This document shows positions 48,328 through 57,714 of a stretch of 64,000 bases of DNA, piece by piece. Below the pieces are notes generated by a model. It made no database searches. It was not told the origin of the DNA and worked only from the letters and a program-made list of their open reading frames with translations. Each line of letters opens with the position of its first letter. The stretch's first letter is position 1. Position numbers and translations under genes: made by a program. The DNA is from an uncultured Chloroflexia bacterium. GTDB lineage: Bacteria > Chloroflexota > Limnocylindria > Limnocylindrales > CSP1-4. Location: the NCBI GenBank assembly GCA_963712745.1, contig CAVQJC010000020.1, positions 64,001 to 128,000 on the forward strand. The letters run 5' to 3'.

Positions 48328-51300
48328 ATGGCTGAGGCTGTCGCCAAGGTCCGCAGTGCTAGCCGAGGCAGGGAGGCGACAGCACGTCCAGGGACACGCA
48401 ACGGTCGGAGCAAGCGCTCCAGCAGCCGAGCTGCCATGGACGAGGACTTTCGCTTCACCGGCGCCACCTCTTCGGGCCTGACCTTCGAACGCCGCTGGAC
48501 CACTCCCGGCGTGCACCCCTACGACGAGGTCAAGTGGGAGCGGCGCGACGCGAGCATCGCCAACGAATCGGGCAAGTCTGTCTTCGAGCAGAAGGACGTC
48601 GAGGTCCCAGACTTCTGGAGCCAGCTTGCTACCAACGTCGTCGTCAGCAAGTACTTTCGCGGCCACATCGGCACGCCCGGTCGCGAGTACAGCGTGAAGC
48701 AGCTCATCGATCGTGTCGTCAACACCATCACCAGCTGGGCCGCCACCCAGCGCTACTTCGCCACCGACGAGGACCTGGCCACGTTCAAGGCGGAGCTGAC
48801 CCACCTGCTGCTGCACCAGAAGATGGCCTTCAACAGCCCGGTCTGGTTCAACGTCGGTGTGGAGCCCCGGCCTCAGTGCTCGGCCTGCTTCATCAACTCG
48901 GTACAGGACTCGATGTCCTCGATCATGGACCTGGCCAAGACCGAAGCCATGCTCTTCAAGTACGGCTCGGGCGCGGGCGTCAACCTCTCCCCCATCCGCG
49001 GCTCCAAAGAGAAGATGTCAGGCGGTGGTATCGCCTCGGGTCCGGTCAGCTTCATGAAGGGCTTCGACGCCTTCGCGGGCGTGGTCAAGTCCGGCGGCAA
49101 GACCCGCCGCGCGGCCAAGATGGTCATCCTCAACTCGGGACATCCCGACATCCTCGACTTCGTCGATTCCAAGGCCAGTGAGGAGCGGAAGGCCTGGGCC
49201 TTGATCGAGGCGGGCTATGACCCCTCCTTCACGGGCGAGGCCTACGGCTCGGTCTTCTTCCAGAACGCCAACCACAGCGTGCGCGCGTCCGACCAGTTCA
49301 TGACTGCGGTCGAGAACGACGAGGACTGGACCACCTACGAGGTCACCACCGGCGAACCGGCCGGCACGCACAAGGCGCGCACCATCTTTCGCCACATGGC
49401 CGAGGCGGCCTGGGTCTGCGGGGACCCCGGCATCCAGTACGACACCACCATCAATGACTGGAATCCGGTCGCCAACACCGACCGGCAGCACGCCACCAAC
49501 CCCTGCTCGGAGTTCTCGTTCCTCAACGACACCTCCTGCAACCTGGCCTCGCTGAACCTCATGAAGTTCGTGGACGGCAGCGGGGAGTTCGATATCGAGG
49601 CCTTCCGCTATGCCTCGCGCCTGACCATCACGGCGCAGGAGATCCTCGTCGACAACGCCTCCTATCCGACCGACCAGATCGAAGAGAACTCCCACCGCTT
49701 CCGTCCGCTGGGCCTGGGCTACGCCAACCTCGGCGCCCTGCTCATGAGCCGCGGCCTGGCCTACGACTCCGATGAGGGTCGCACCTACGCCGGCGCCATC
49801 ACCGCCATCATGACCGGCGAGGCCTACCGGCAGTCGGCCATCATCGCTCGCGATCACGGTGGTCCCTTCAACGACTACGCCGTCAACGAGGGCCCGTTCC
49901 TGCGCGTCATCGCCAAGCACCGTGACGCGGCCCATGAGCTGGCCCAGGAGCGGGCCCCCGGGCAGCTGGTGGCCGAGGCGCGCAATACCTGGGATGAGGC
50001 CCTGGAGCTGGGCCGGGAGCACGGCTATCGCAATGCCCAGGTGAGCGTGCTCGCGCCCACCGGCACCATCGCTTTCATGATGGACTGCGACACCACCGGC
50101 ATCGAGCCTGACATCGCCCTCATCAAGTACAAGAAGCTGGTGGGCGAGGGCTTCCTCAAGATCGTCAACCAGACGGTGCCACTGGCCCTCCAGCGGCTTG
50201 GCTACTCGCCCGACGAGGTCGAGTCCATCATCGAATACATCGATGATTTCGAGACCATCGAAGGGGCCTCCGAGCTGAAGCCCGAGCACCTGTCGGTCTT
50301 CGACTGCGCCTTCAAGCCGGTCAACGGCGAGCGCTCCATCCACCACCTGGGTCACCTGCGCATGATGAGCGCTGCGCAGCCGTTCCTCTCCGGCGCCATC
50401 AGCAAGACCGTGAACATGCCCGAGAGCGCCACGGCGGAGGACATCGAGGACGTCTACCTCCAGGGCTGGAAGCTGGGCCTGAAAGCCATCGCCATCTACC
50501 GCGACGGCTCCAAGCGCAGCCAACCGCTCTCGACGGGCAAGAAGAAGGAAACAGCCGCTGAAGCGACTTCTCCCACGGCAGGCGAGGCGACGGGGCTTGA
50601 GCTCACTGGGGAGCCCAAGCCATACCGTCGCCGCCTGCCGGACGAAAGGCGTGCGATCACGCACAAGTACCAGGTCGCCGGACACGAGGGCTACATCACC
50701 GTGGGCCTCTATCCCGACGGCCAGCCGGGAGAGATCTTCCTGAAGATGGCCAAGGAAGGCTCCACGGTCAGCGGCCTCATGGACACGCTGGCCACGATGA
50801 CCTCGCTGGCCCTCCAGTACGGCGTGCCGCTGCGCGACCTCGTGGGCAAGTTCACGCACGTCCGCTTCGAACCGTCGGGCTTCACCGGCAATCCGGAGGT
50901 CCCGATCGCCAAGTCCATCGTCGACTACATCTTCCGCTGGATGGGTTCCCGCTTCCTTTCCAAGGACGACCGCGACGCCCTCGGCATCATCGGGGGCGAG
51001 GTCGTGGCCGAGCCGCCTGGCGACCCATCCCCGCAGCTGGGCGCGTTCGACCCGGCTGATGGTCCGGCCGACTCCACCTCGGCCGAGACCCCGCCCGCCC
51101 CGTCGTCCTCCTCCGATGGCGCGGGCGGGGCCCGGCCGCTCGGCCTGGGGGTGGGATCCGAGCCCGGCTCCGCCAAGGCCAGCGCGTCCCGCGGTACCAG
51201 CTCGAATGGACACGTGGCTTCGCTCGGCGCCGGCCAGCGCATCGCCTTCTCGGTCAGCGCCGACTCGCCGTCGTGCATGGACTGCGGCAGCATCATGGTC

Positions 51301-51357
51301 CGCAACGGCAGTTGCTACAAGTGCCTCAACTGCGGCGCTACCAGCGGTTGCAGCTGA
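48328..51357 (+). CDS. nrdJ: Class II (B12-dependent) ribonucleotide reductase
   Basis: FNSPVWFN, CSACFI, GGKTRRAA, TNPCSE, CNLAS, APTGT, C-terminal CxxC..CxxC..GCS; SD GAGGAG. Confidence 0.96.
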   Translation: MAEAVAKVRSASRGREATARPGTRNGRSKRSSSRAAMDEDFRFTGATSSGLTFERRWTTPGVHPYDEVKWERRDASIANESGKSVFEQKDVEVPDFWSQLATNVVVSKYFRGHIGTPGREYSVKQLIDRVVNTITSWAATQRYFATDEDLATFKAELTHLLLHQKMAFNSPVWFNVGVEPRPQCSACFINSVQDSMSSIMDLAKTEAMLFKYGSGAGVNLSPIRGSKEKMSGGGIASGPVSFMKGFDAFAGVVKSGGKTRRAAKMVILNSGHPDILDFVDSKASEERKAWALIEAGYDPSFTGEAYGSVFFQNANHSVRASDQFMTAVENDEDWTTYEVTTGEPAGTHKARTIFRHMAEAAWVCGDPGIQYDTTINDWNPVANTDRQHATNPCSEFSFLNDTSCNLASLNLMKFVDGSGEFDIEAFRYASRLTITAQEILVDNASYPTDQIEENSHRFRPLGLGYANLGALLMSRGLAYDSDEGRTYAGAITAIMTGEAYRQSAIIARDHGGPFNDYAVNEGPFLRVIAKHRDAAHELAQERAPGQLVAEARNTWDEALELGREHGYRNAQVSVLAPTGTIAFMMDCDTTGIEPDIALIKYKKLVGEGFLKIVNQTVPLALQRLGYSPDEVESIIEYIDDFETIEGASELKPEHLSVFDCAFKPVNGERSIHHLGHLRMMSAAQPFLSGAISKTVNMPESATAEDIEDVYLQGWKLGLKAIAIYRDGSKRSQPLSTGKKKETAAEATSPTAGEATGLELTGEPKPYRRRLPDERRAITHKYQVAGHEGYITVGLYPDGQPGEIFLKMAKEGSTVSGLMDTLATMTSLALQYGVPLRDLVGKFTHVRFEPSGFTGNPEVPIAKSIVDYIFRWMGSRFLSKDDRDALGIIGGEVVAEPPGDPSPQLGAFDPADGPADSTSAETPPAPSSSSDGAGGARPLGLGVGSEPGSAKASASRGTSSNGHVASLGAGQRIAFSVSADSPSCMDCGSIMVRNGSCYKCLNCGATSGCS

Positions 51358-51468
51358 CAGCCGCTGCGCCGCGTCGGCTCGCTGATGACCAGGGCCGCTC
51401 GGCCATCGAGCGGCCCTGTCGTGTAGCCGATACTCGCCGGCGCCGGTGACCGGCTACCCTGCTCTTCG

Positions 51469-52362
51469 ATGCGCATCGCCACCTGGAACGTCAACTCGCT
51501 CAAGGCCCGGCTGGAGGCTGTCGAGCAGTGGCTGGAACGCGCCGCACCGGACATCCTGCTGCTGCAGGAAACCAAGCTCGCGGATGACGACGTGCCGGAG
51601 ATGCCCTTCCGCATGGCCGGCTACGAGCTGCTGCACCACGGCGAGGGACGCTGGAACGGCGTGGCCATCGCCAGCAAGGTCGGCATCGACGCCCCGGTCA
51701 CCAACTTCGGCGACGGGCCCGTGCGCGAGAGCCGCAGCACGAAGGACGCGCCCAGCGCGGACGACTTCGACCCGCTCACGGAAGCCCGCATGGTCAGCGC
51801 TGTGTGTGGCGGCATCCGCGTGGCCAGCCTCTATGCCCCCAACGGCCGCGAACTGGGGTCTCCCTGGTACGCGGGCAAGCTGCACTGGTTCGATCGGCTC
51901 ACACAGTGGCTCGGGGAGACCGCCGACCCGTCCCAGCCGGTGCTCCTCGGTGGCGACCTCAACGTGACCCCTACCGACGACGACGTCTGGGATGCCGCCG
52001 CGGCACATGGCGCCACCCACGTCTCGGGGCCGGAGCGGGCCAAGCTGTCCGCCCTGCGCGAATGGGGCCTGGTCGACACCTACCGCGCCTATCAGCCCGC
52101 CACCGACCGCTTCAGCTGGTACGACTATCGCGCGGGCATGTTCCACAAGAACATGGGCATGCGCATCGACCTGCTCTACGGCACCCAGCCGGTGGCCGAC
52201 CGCGTCATCTGGGCGGAGATCGACCGCGAGGCACGCAAGGGCCCACCAACACCGTCGGATCACGCCCCGGTCCTCATCGACCTCGACGAACCTGGTAGCC
52301 CGCTCGATGCCGGCTGGGAGGAGGCGCTGGCGCGGGTGCGGAAGCGCAGCAAGCCCGGCTAG
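51469..52362 (+). CDS. xth: Exodeoxyribonuclease III
   Basis: ATWNVNS, LQETK, YAPNG, GDLN, RID, SDHAP. Confidence 0.95.
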   Translation: MRIATWNVNSLKARLEAVEQWLERAAPDILLLQETKLADDDVPEMPFRMAGYELLHHGEGRWNGVAIASKVGIDAPVTNFGDGPVRESRSTKDAPSADDFDPLTEARMVSAVCGGIRVASLYAPNGRELGSPWYAGKLHWFDRLTQWLGETADPSQPVLLGGDLNVTPTDDDVWDAAAAHGATHVSGPERAKLSALREWGLVDTYRAYQPATDRFSWYDYRAGMFHKNMGMRIDLLYGTQPVADRVIWAEIDREARKGPPTPSDHAPVLIDLDEPGSPLDAGWEEALARVRKRSKPG

Positions 52363-52395
52363 GGATGAGACCCCGTTAGGGAGGCCACAGACCCC

Positions 52396-52510
52396 ATGCG
52401 CCGGGCACTCCCCACCTGCCTGGTGACGCTCCTCTTCACCGACATCGGAGGCGAGCCGCATCCGGCTCCGGCGCTGGGCTGACCGACCGATGGGACCTGC
52501 ACCGCATCGG
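52396..52510 (+). pseudogene. Relic of a class III adenylate/guanylate cyclase N-terminus
   Basis: SD GGGAGG, then MRRALPTCLVTLLFTDIGG (cf. LP.G.VT.LFTDIEGST); stop after 28 codons. Confidence 0.6.
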
Positions 52511-52511
52511 C

Positions 52512-53291
52512 CTAACCGATGGCCAGTGCGTGAGCCACCCCGATGGGCACGGCCGCGCGATGGCGCTGATAGGCCAGGCAGGCGACGAGTCCCACACCCG
52601 ATTGGAAGATGACCGCATTCGCCGCCGCCGCCAGCAGGTCACCCTCGTTGGACTCGACCAGCAGCGGTACATGAACGGCGGCGAACACGAGTGCGGCCAG
52701 GACCGCGGCCAGCGCCGGCCGCCGGCTCAGGGCCTCGAGCGGTGCGTACAGTCCAAGCAGGTACAACGACTGCTGGCCGACCCCGCTGGGCAGCGCCAGC
52801 ACGGCACCCACCAGGTACGGCGGCCCGCCCGCGATCAGCCGTGGCAGGCCGATGAGGAGCAGCAGCGGAACGAAGGGCCGAGGGTCGCGCGTGAGGCGCG
52901 CGACCAGGCCTTCGAACCCGCCGGCCCGCCAGGCAGCCCACAGCCATCCGCCGAGCGCGCATGCGACGAGCACGAAGCCGATCTCCGCGTCCAGGCCGAA
53001 GCCCAACAGCGTCATCCCCAGAGCACCCAGGAGCGCGAAGGCGGCGCGCGGTCCGGCGGCGGGGACTCGGTCTGGCTGGGGATGTGCCAGGCGGTGGCGA
53101 CCGGCCCACCAGGCTACGAAGGCGAGTACCAGCAAACCCAGCCAGATGAGCAGCACCATCGAGAGCGTAGGGGTGCCGCGCCGCCACACGAAGACGGCTC
53201 CGGCCACCAACTGCAGCAGCAGGTAGAGGCGGATGGGCCACGATTCCCACGCTCGTGCAGCATCGGCGAGGAGCGCGCGGTCCAGTCGCAT
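52512..53291 (-). CDS. CPBP/Abi (CAAX-protease-like) membrane protein with degenerate catalytic motif
   Basis: Multiple TM segments; FAAVH and C-terminal AH; QQ at the expected EE position. Confidence 0.6.
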   Translation of the reverse strand: MRLDRALLADAARAWESWPIRLYLLLQLVAGAVFVWRRGTPTLSMVLLIWLGLLVLAFVAWWAGRHRLAHPQPDRVPAAGPRAAFALLGALGMTLLGFGLDAEIGFVLVACALGGWLWAAWRAGGFEGLVARLTRDPRPFVPLLLLIGLPRLIAGGPPYLVGAVLALPSGVGQQSLYLLGLYAPLEALSRRPALAAVLAALVFAAVHVPLLVESNEGDLLAAAANAVIFQSGVGLVACLAYQRHRAAVPIGVAHALAIG

Positions 53292-53322
53292 CGGGCGGAG
53301 TCTACGCCTGCGGACCGGCGGT

Positions 53323-53353
53323 GCTGCCCATATGCTGGGCTGCCCATATGCTG
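53323..53353. repeat. Tandem duplication GCTGCCCATATGCTG x2 (16-bp period)
   Basis: Exact copies at 53323-53337 and 53339-53353, each containing TATGCT. Confidence 0.9.
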
Positions 53354-53358
53354 TAGCG

Positions 53359-54213
53359 GTGACGCTCTACCGATTGCTCGACCACCCGGCGCTCGACGAC
53401 CCGCTCATGATCGTCGCCTTCGACGCCTGGGTCGATGCCGGCTCCGCCGCAACCTCCGCCGCCGCCATGCTGGCCGAGGACGGCCAGGTCGTGGCCGACA
53501 TCGACGCCGACGGCCTGTATGACTACCGTGCGCGGCGCCCCACGCTCCATATAGATGACGGACGACTGCGCGCAGCTGACTGGCCACAGCTGACCATCAG
53601 GCACAAGCGCTATGCCGGTCGCGATGTGCTGGTGCTGGCCGGGCCCGAGCCCGACTACCGATGGCAGGAGCTCTCGCGGGAGCTGGTGCGGCTGGCCCAT
53701 GAGCTGTCCGTCAGCGAGTGGATGACTCTGGGCTCGATCCCGGCCGCGGTGCCCCATACGCGACCGGTCACCATCCTGGGCGTCTCCTCGATGGACGGTC
53801 TGCTGCGGGGTGGCGTCGAGGCGGGCCCGATCGGCTCGATGCAGGTGCCGTCAGCGGCCGTCTCGGTCATCGACCTCGCCGTGGCGGAAGCCGGCATCCC
53901 TACGCTCGGCTACTTCGCGCAGGTCCCCCACTACGTCAGCGGCGATTACCCGGCTGCCGCAGTGGCCCTGGTCCGCGCGGTGGAGCATCACCTCGGGGAC
54001 ACGGTCCCGACATCGGTACTCGAGCTCGCGGCGACCACGATGGCCGCCAAGCTGGACACCGCCGCGGCCTCCGACGACTCCACCAGCTCCTACGTGGCAC
54101 GCCTGGAGGAGATGTCCGACGAAGCTCGGCTGCCATCGGGCGACGAGCTGATCGGAGAGATCGAGCGGTTCCTGCGCGATAACGACCCCGGCGACGGCGA
54201 CCTGCCGCGCTGA
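53359..54213 (+). CDS. PAC2 (proteasome assembly chaperone-like) family protein
   Basis: W.DAG.AA, DYRARRP, GPEPD..W, VPHTRP, VPHY. Confidence 0.88.
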   Translation: MTLYRLLDHPALDDPLMIVAFDAWVDAGSAATSAAAMLAEDGQVVADIDADGLYDYRARRPTLHIDDGRLRAADWPQLTIRHKRYAGRDVLVLAGPEPDYRWQELSRELVRLAHELSVSEWMTLGSIPAAVPHTRPVTILGVSSMDGLLRGGVEAGPIGSMQVPSAAVSVIDLAVAEAGIPTLGYFAQVPHYVSGDYPAAAVALVRAVEHHLGDTVPTSVLELAATTMAAKLDTAAASDDSTSSYVARLEEMSDEARLPSGDELIGEIERFLRDNDPGDGDLPR

Positions 54214-54252
54214 CCGACCGCCATCCCGGGCCGTAGCCGCTACCCTCGCCCG

Positions 54253-54358
54253 ATGCGGCTCTCGTGACGCCGGCTCAACCGCGCCACGCCATCGTTCATC
54301 GCCGAGCGGGAACCCCGAGGTCTACCGCCGGTACCGCCATACCCGCCGGCGCGACTGA
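54253..54358 (+). pseudogene. Internally deleted relic of a winged-helix/AlkZ-like (HTH_42) gene
   Basis: MRLS*RRLNRAT joined to SFIAEREP/EVYRRYRH...*; leaderless TACCCT-N6-ATG retained. Confidence 0.5.
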
Positions 54359-54397
54359 CCCGCTCGGAACCCGCTCGCGTCGGTAGACTCGGGCTCC

Positions 54398-55705
54398 GTG
54401 GAGTCCCAGCCTAGCCCCGAGATCGCGTTCGGCCTCATCGCCCTGGCCGTCGCCGCATATGCCCTGGTCGCGGCGCGCCTCGCCAAGTCGTCGGTCTCGG
54501 CCGCCTTTTCCTTCCTCGTCATCGGCACGCTCATCGGGGGCGCCGGCCTGGGTGTCCTGGCCACCGACCTGCCGGACGCGGACACCCTCGGCCAGCTCGC
54601 GGAGCTGACGCTGGCGCTGGTCCTCTTCAGTGCGGCGTCGACCGTGCGGCTCAAGCGGCTCGAGGTCGACTCGGTCATCGTGTTCAGGCTGCTGGCCATC
54701 GGGTTGCCGCTGACCATCACCTTCGGCACGCTCCTTGCCCTGGGCCTGTTCCCCGGCGTCTCGATCGGCCTGGCCCTGCTCATCGCTACCGTGCTCGCGC
54801 CCACCGATGCCGATCTCGGCCAGCAGGTCATCACCGACACCTCCGTGCCGGCACGGATCCGCCGTGTGCTCAACGTCGAGAGCGGGCTGAACGACGGCAT
54901 CGCGGCGCCGGTGGTGACCATCGCCATCGCCCTGGCCACCGTCGGCGACGTCAGCGGCATGAACCCCGTCCTCGATGCAGTGCTGGAGCTGGGAACGGCG
55001 ATCGTCGTGGGCGTGGTCATCGGCGGGGCCGGCCGCTGGCTGCTCGTCCGGGCCGACCAGCGCAAGACGGCTACCCCCAGCTCGCGCCAGCTGGCCACCC
55101 TGGCCCTGGCCGTGGCTGCATACGCCGTCGCCACCGGGCTCGACGGCAGCGGCTTCATCGCAGCCTTCGCCGCGGGCCTCGCCTTCGGCAGGGGGCAGAA
55201 GGAACGGGTGGAGTCTGCGGTGGCCTTCACCGAGGCGCAGTCCTTGCTGCTCTCGATCATCGTATGGCTGGTCTTCGGCCTGATCATCGTGGGGGACCAT
55301 GTGCTCGACATGACCGACCCGGCGGTGGTGCTCTATGCCGTGCTCGCGCTGACCGCTCTGCGCATGATCCCGGTGGGCCTGGCCCTGCTCGGCACCGGCT
55401 TCGCCCGCAGGACGGTCGCATTCATGGGCTGGTTCGGTCCCCGCGGCCTGGCCTCGATCGTGTTCGCCCTGCTGGGCCTCGAAGCCCTCGAGCAGGCGGG
55501 CGTGCCGACCGACCCCCTGGGGCCGGTGGTGGCCTGGACGGTGATCCTCTCGGTCATCTTCCACGGCTTCAGCGCGTCTCCCCTGGCGGCTCGTTATGGC
55601 CGCTTCGCGGCCGGCCTGCCCGAGGATGCGCCCGAACACGTCGGCGAGGGCGAACCGCGCCGGGCAGCCTGGCGGTTCCACGACCACCACGACCCGCGGA
55701 CCTGA
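54398..55705 (+). CDS. Cation:proton antiporter (CPA1, NhaP-like)
   Basis: LAPTDA, ESGLNDG, SGFIAAF, GWFGPRGLAS. Confidence 0.92.
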   Translation: MESQPSPEIAFGLIALAVAAYALVAARLAKSSVSAAFSFLVIGTLIGGAGLGVLATDLPDADTLGQLAELTLALVLFSAASTVRLKRLEVDSVIVFRLLAIGLPLTITFGTLLALGLFPGVSIGLALLIATVLAPTDADLGQQVITDTSVPARIRRVLNVESGLNDGIAAPVVTIAIALATVGDVSGMNPVLDAVLELGTAIVVGVVIGGAGRWLLVRADQRKTATPSSRQLATLALAVAAYAVATGLDGSGFIAAFAAGLAFGRGQKERVESAVAFTEAQSLLLSIIVWLVFGLIIVGDHVLDMTDPAVVLYAVLALTALRMIPVGLALLGTGFARRTVAFMGWFGPRGLASIVFALLGLEALEQAGVPTDPLGPVVAWTVILSVIFHGFSASPLAARYGRFAAGLPEDAPEHVGEGEPRRAAWRFHDHHDPRT

Positions 55706-55745
55706 GCATCTGACGAACGGGCCGAGCACGACTATCCTCGGCCCC

Positions 55746-56330
55746 ATGAAACGAACTCGCTCTGCGGCTACGCCGCTCCTCGTGCTGCTCATGCTCCTCT
55801 CGCTCGGCGCCGCGGCCCATGCACAGGTGGCCACGCTGCGGACGCCCGACCCGCAAGCTGCCGCCAGCGAAGCCCCGGCTGACGAGGTCGACGGCGAGGA
55901 GGCCATCCTCGGGTTCGTGGCCTGCCTGCGCGACAACGGGCTGGACCTGCCCGATCCACAGTTCGGTCCCGAAGGAGTGCGTTTCGCCGATCCATCGGTG
56001 ATGGCCAGCATCGACTTCCGAAGCCCCGAGTTCCTCGACGCCATGGAGGCCTGCGGGGACCTGCTTGCGGCACTGCAGCCCGAGATCGACCCGGCCCAGC
56101 AGGCGGAGCAGACCGAGCAGCTGCTCTCGTTCGCGGAGTGCATGCGGGGCGAGGGCATCGACTTCCCCGACCCTGACCCGGTGCGTGGGCTCACCATCAG
56201 CTCCATGCGTGGACCCGACGGCGAGCTCGTCGTCGACCCGTTCTCGCCCGAATTCCAGCGAGCCTCGACGGCCTGCGCGGCGGAGCTCGACCTGGAGATT
56301 CCCGGCGCTCCTGGCGCCGACGCGTCCTGA
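55746..56330 (+). CDS. Secreted CMRxNG-repeat protein, paralog 1
   Basis: Signal peptide AHA-QVATL; ACLRDNG.D.PDP..AMEAC and ECMRGEG.D.PDP..ASTAC. Confidence 0.8.
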   Translation: MKRTRSAATPLLVLLMLLSLGAAAHAQVATLRTPDPQAAASEAPADEVDGEEAILGFVACLRDNGLDLPDPQFGPEGVRFADPSVMASIDFRSPEFLDAMEACGDLLAALQPEIDPAQQAEQTEQLLSFAECMRGEGIDFPDPDPVRGLTISSMRGPDGELVVDPFSPEFQRASTACAAELDLEIPGAPGADAS

Positions 56331-56438
56331 CCCGGGCCCGGCCATTACACCAGCCTTACAGGGAGCCGTCGCGAGACTGACCACCGGCGCTCACGCTACG
56401 TGACCGAAGAGCACGCATACCCGCGTCACGGAGGTCCC

Positions 56439-57029
56439 ATGAGACTCATCGTTCCGCACACCGGCATCGCCTCTCTGGCAGGCGCGACACTCCTCACCGT
56501 CTCGGCCTGGAGTGGCGCCATAGCGCAGGTCGCCACCCTGGCCGAGCCTGGCACCGAGGCTGAAGCCACGCCGCCCGCCATCGCCCAGGAAGTCGATGCT
56601 GAGGAGGCCCTGCTCGAGTTCGCGGCCTGCATGCGCGAGAACGGCGTGGACATGGACGACCCCGGGTTCGGCGTGGACGGCGGCCGTTTGGGCTTTGGCC
56701 GTGGAGATGGAGAGACGACGTTCGATCAGCAAAGCAGCGAGTTCGTGTCGGCCATGGAGGCCTGTGGCGACATGCTCGAGTCGCTGCGTCCCGAGCTCGA
56801 CCCGGCGGAGCAGGCGGAGCGCGCCGAGCAGCGACTCGAGATGGCGCGATGCCTGCGCGAATCGGGCTGGGACGTGGCCGACCCTGATCCCGACCAGGGC
56901 GCGGGTGGGCCGCTGCGTGGCGGCGGCCTTGACGTCAGCGACCCCCGGTTGCGTGAGGACGTCAGCGCCTGCCAGGCCGACCTGGGCATCGAACTCCCCG
57001 CTGGGCCCGGTGGTGCCCCGCCCGCTTGA
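56439..57029 (+). CDS. Secreted CMRxNG-repeat protein, paralog 2
   Basis: SD GGAGG; AIA-QVATL; ACMRENG.D.DDP..AMEAC and RCLRESG.D..DP..VSAC. Confidence 0.8.
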   Translation: MRLIVPHTGIASLAGATLLTVSAWSGAIAQVATLAEPGTEAEATPPAIAQEVDAEEALLEFAACMRENGVDMDDPGFGVDGGRLGFGRGDGETTFDQQSSEFVSAMEACGDMLESLRPELDPAEQAERAEQRLEMARCLRESGWDVADPDPDQGAGGPLRGGGLDVSDPRLREDVSACQADLGIELPAGPGGAPPA

Positions 57030-57078
57030 CCCACTCCCGGCGATATCCCAGCGTGTGCTGTACCAAGGAGACTGACGC

Positions 57079-57714
57079 ATGAACCTCATCCCCAGATCCG
57101 TGCTCACCGCGACCCCCGTCGCAGCCGTGCTCACGCTGGCCGTCGCCGTCGGCGCCAGCGCCCAAGTGGCCTCGCTCGCGGGTCCCGACGAGACGCCTGT
57201 GCCTGAGGCAGAGACCTCAGAGACTGTCCTTGAGTTCGAGGATCGCGAAGAGGCCCTACTGGCCTACGCGCAGTGCATGCGTGACAACGGAGTCGAAATG
57301 GACGACCCGGATACGGGCGCCGGAGGCGGGCGCTTCCTGCGCCTGGGCGGCGGCGACGGGCGGCGCCAGATCGATCGCTTCGGCGAGGGATTCCTGGTGG
57401 CCCAGGCAGCCTGTGGCTCGATCCTCGAGGCGGCCCGCCCGGAGGTCGATCCCGCGGCCGAGCAGGAACGCCTCGAGGAGCAGTTGCTGCTGGCCCAGTG
57501 CATCCGCGACGCTGGCTACCCCGAGTACCCTGACCCCACCATCGGCGAGGACGGACGGCTCCAGCGCAGCGGCGGTCGGAGCATGAACGAACTCGGTATC
57601 GACCCCCGCTCGGAGGAGTTCCGTGGCCTGATGCAGACATGCCGCGATGAGATCGGACTGGAGCAACCGCCCGGTGGCCCCGGCGGCTTCGGCGGCGGCC
57701 GAGGAGGCGGCTGA
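57079..57714 (+). CDS. Secreted CMRxNG-repeat protein, paralog 3
   Basis: SD AAGGAG; ASA-QVASL; QCMRDNG...DDP..AQAAC and QCIRDAG...PDP..MQTC. Confidence 0.8.
   Translation: MNLIPRSVLTATPVAAVLTLAVAVGASAQVASLAGPDETPVPEAETSETVLEFEDREEALLAYAQCMRDNGVEMDDPDTGAGGGRFLRLGGGDGRRQIDRFGEGFLVAQAACGSILEAARPEVDPAAEQERLEEQLLLAQCIRDAGYPEYPDPTIGEDGRLQRSGGRSMNELGIDPRSEEFRGLMQTCRDEIGLEQPPGGPGGFGGGRGGG

Noticed and set aside
48328-51357. Intein or intron in nrdJ
   Set aside because: Catalytic motifs are contiguous; extra length is explained by low-complexity linkers and the normal C-terminal domain
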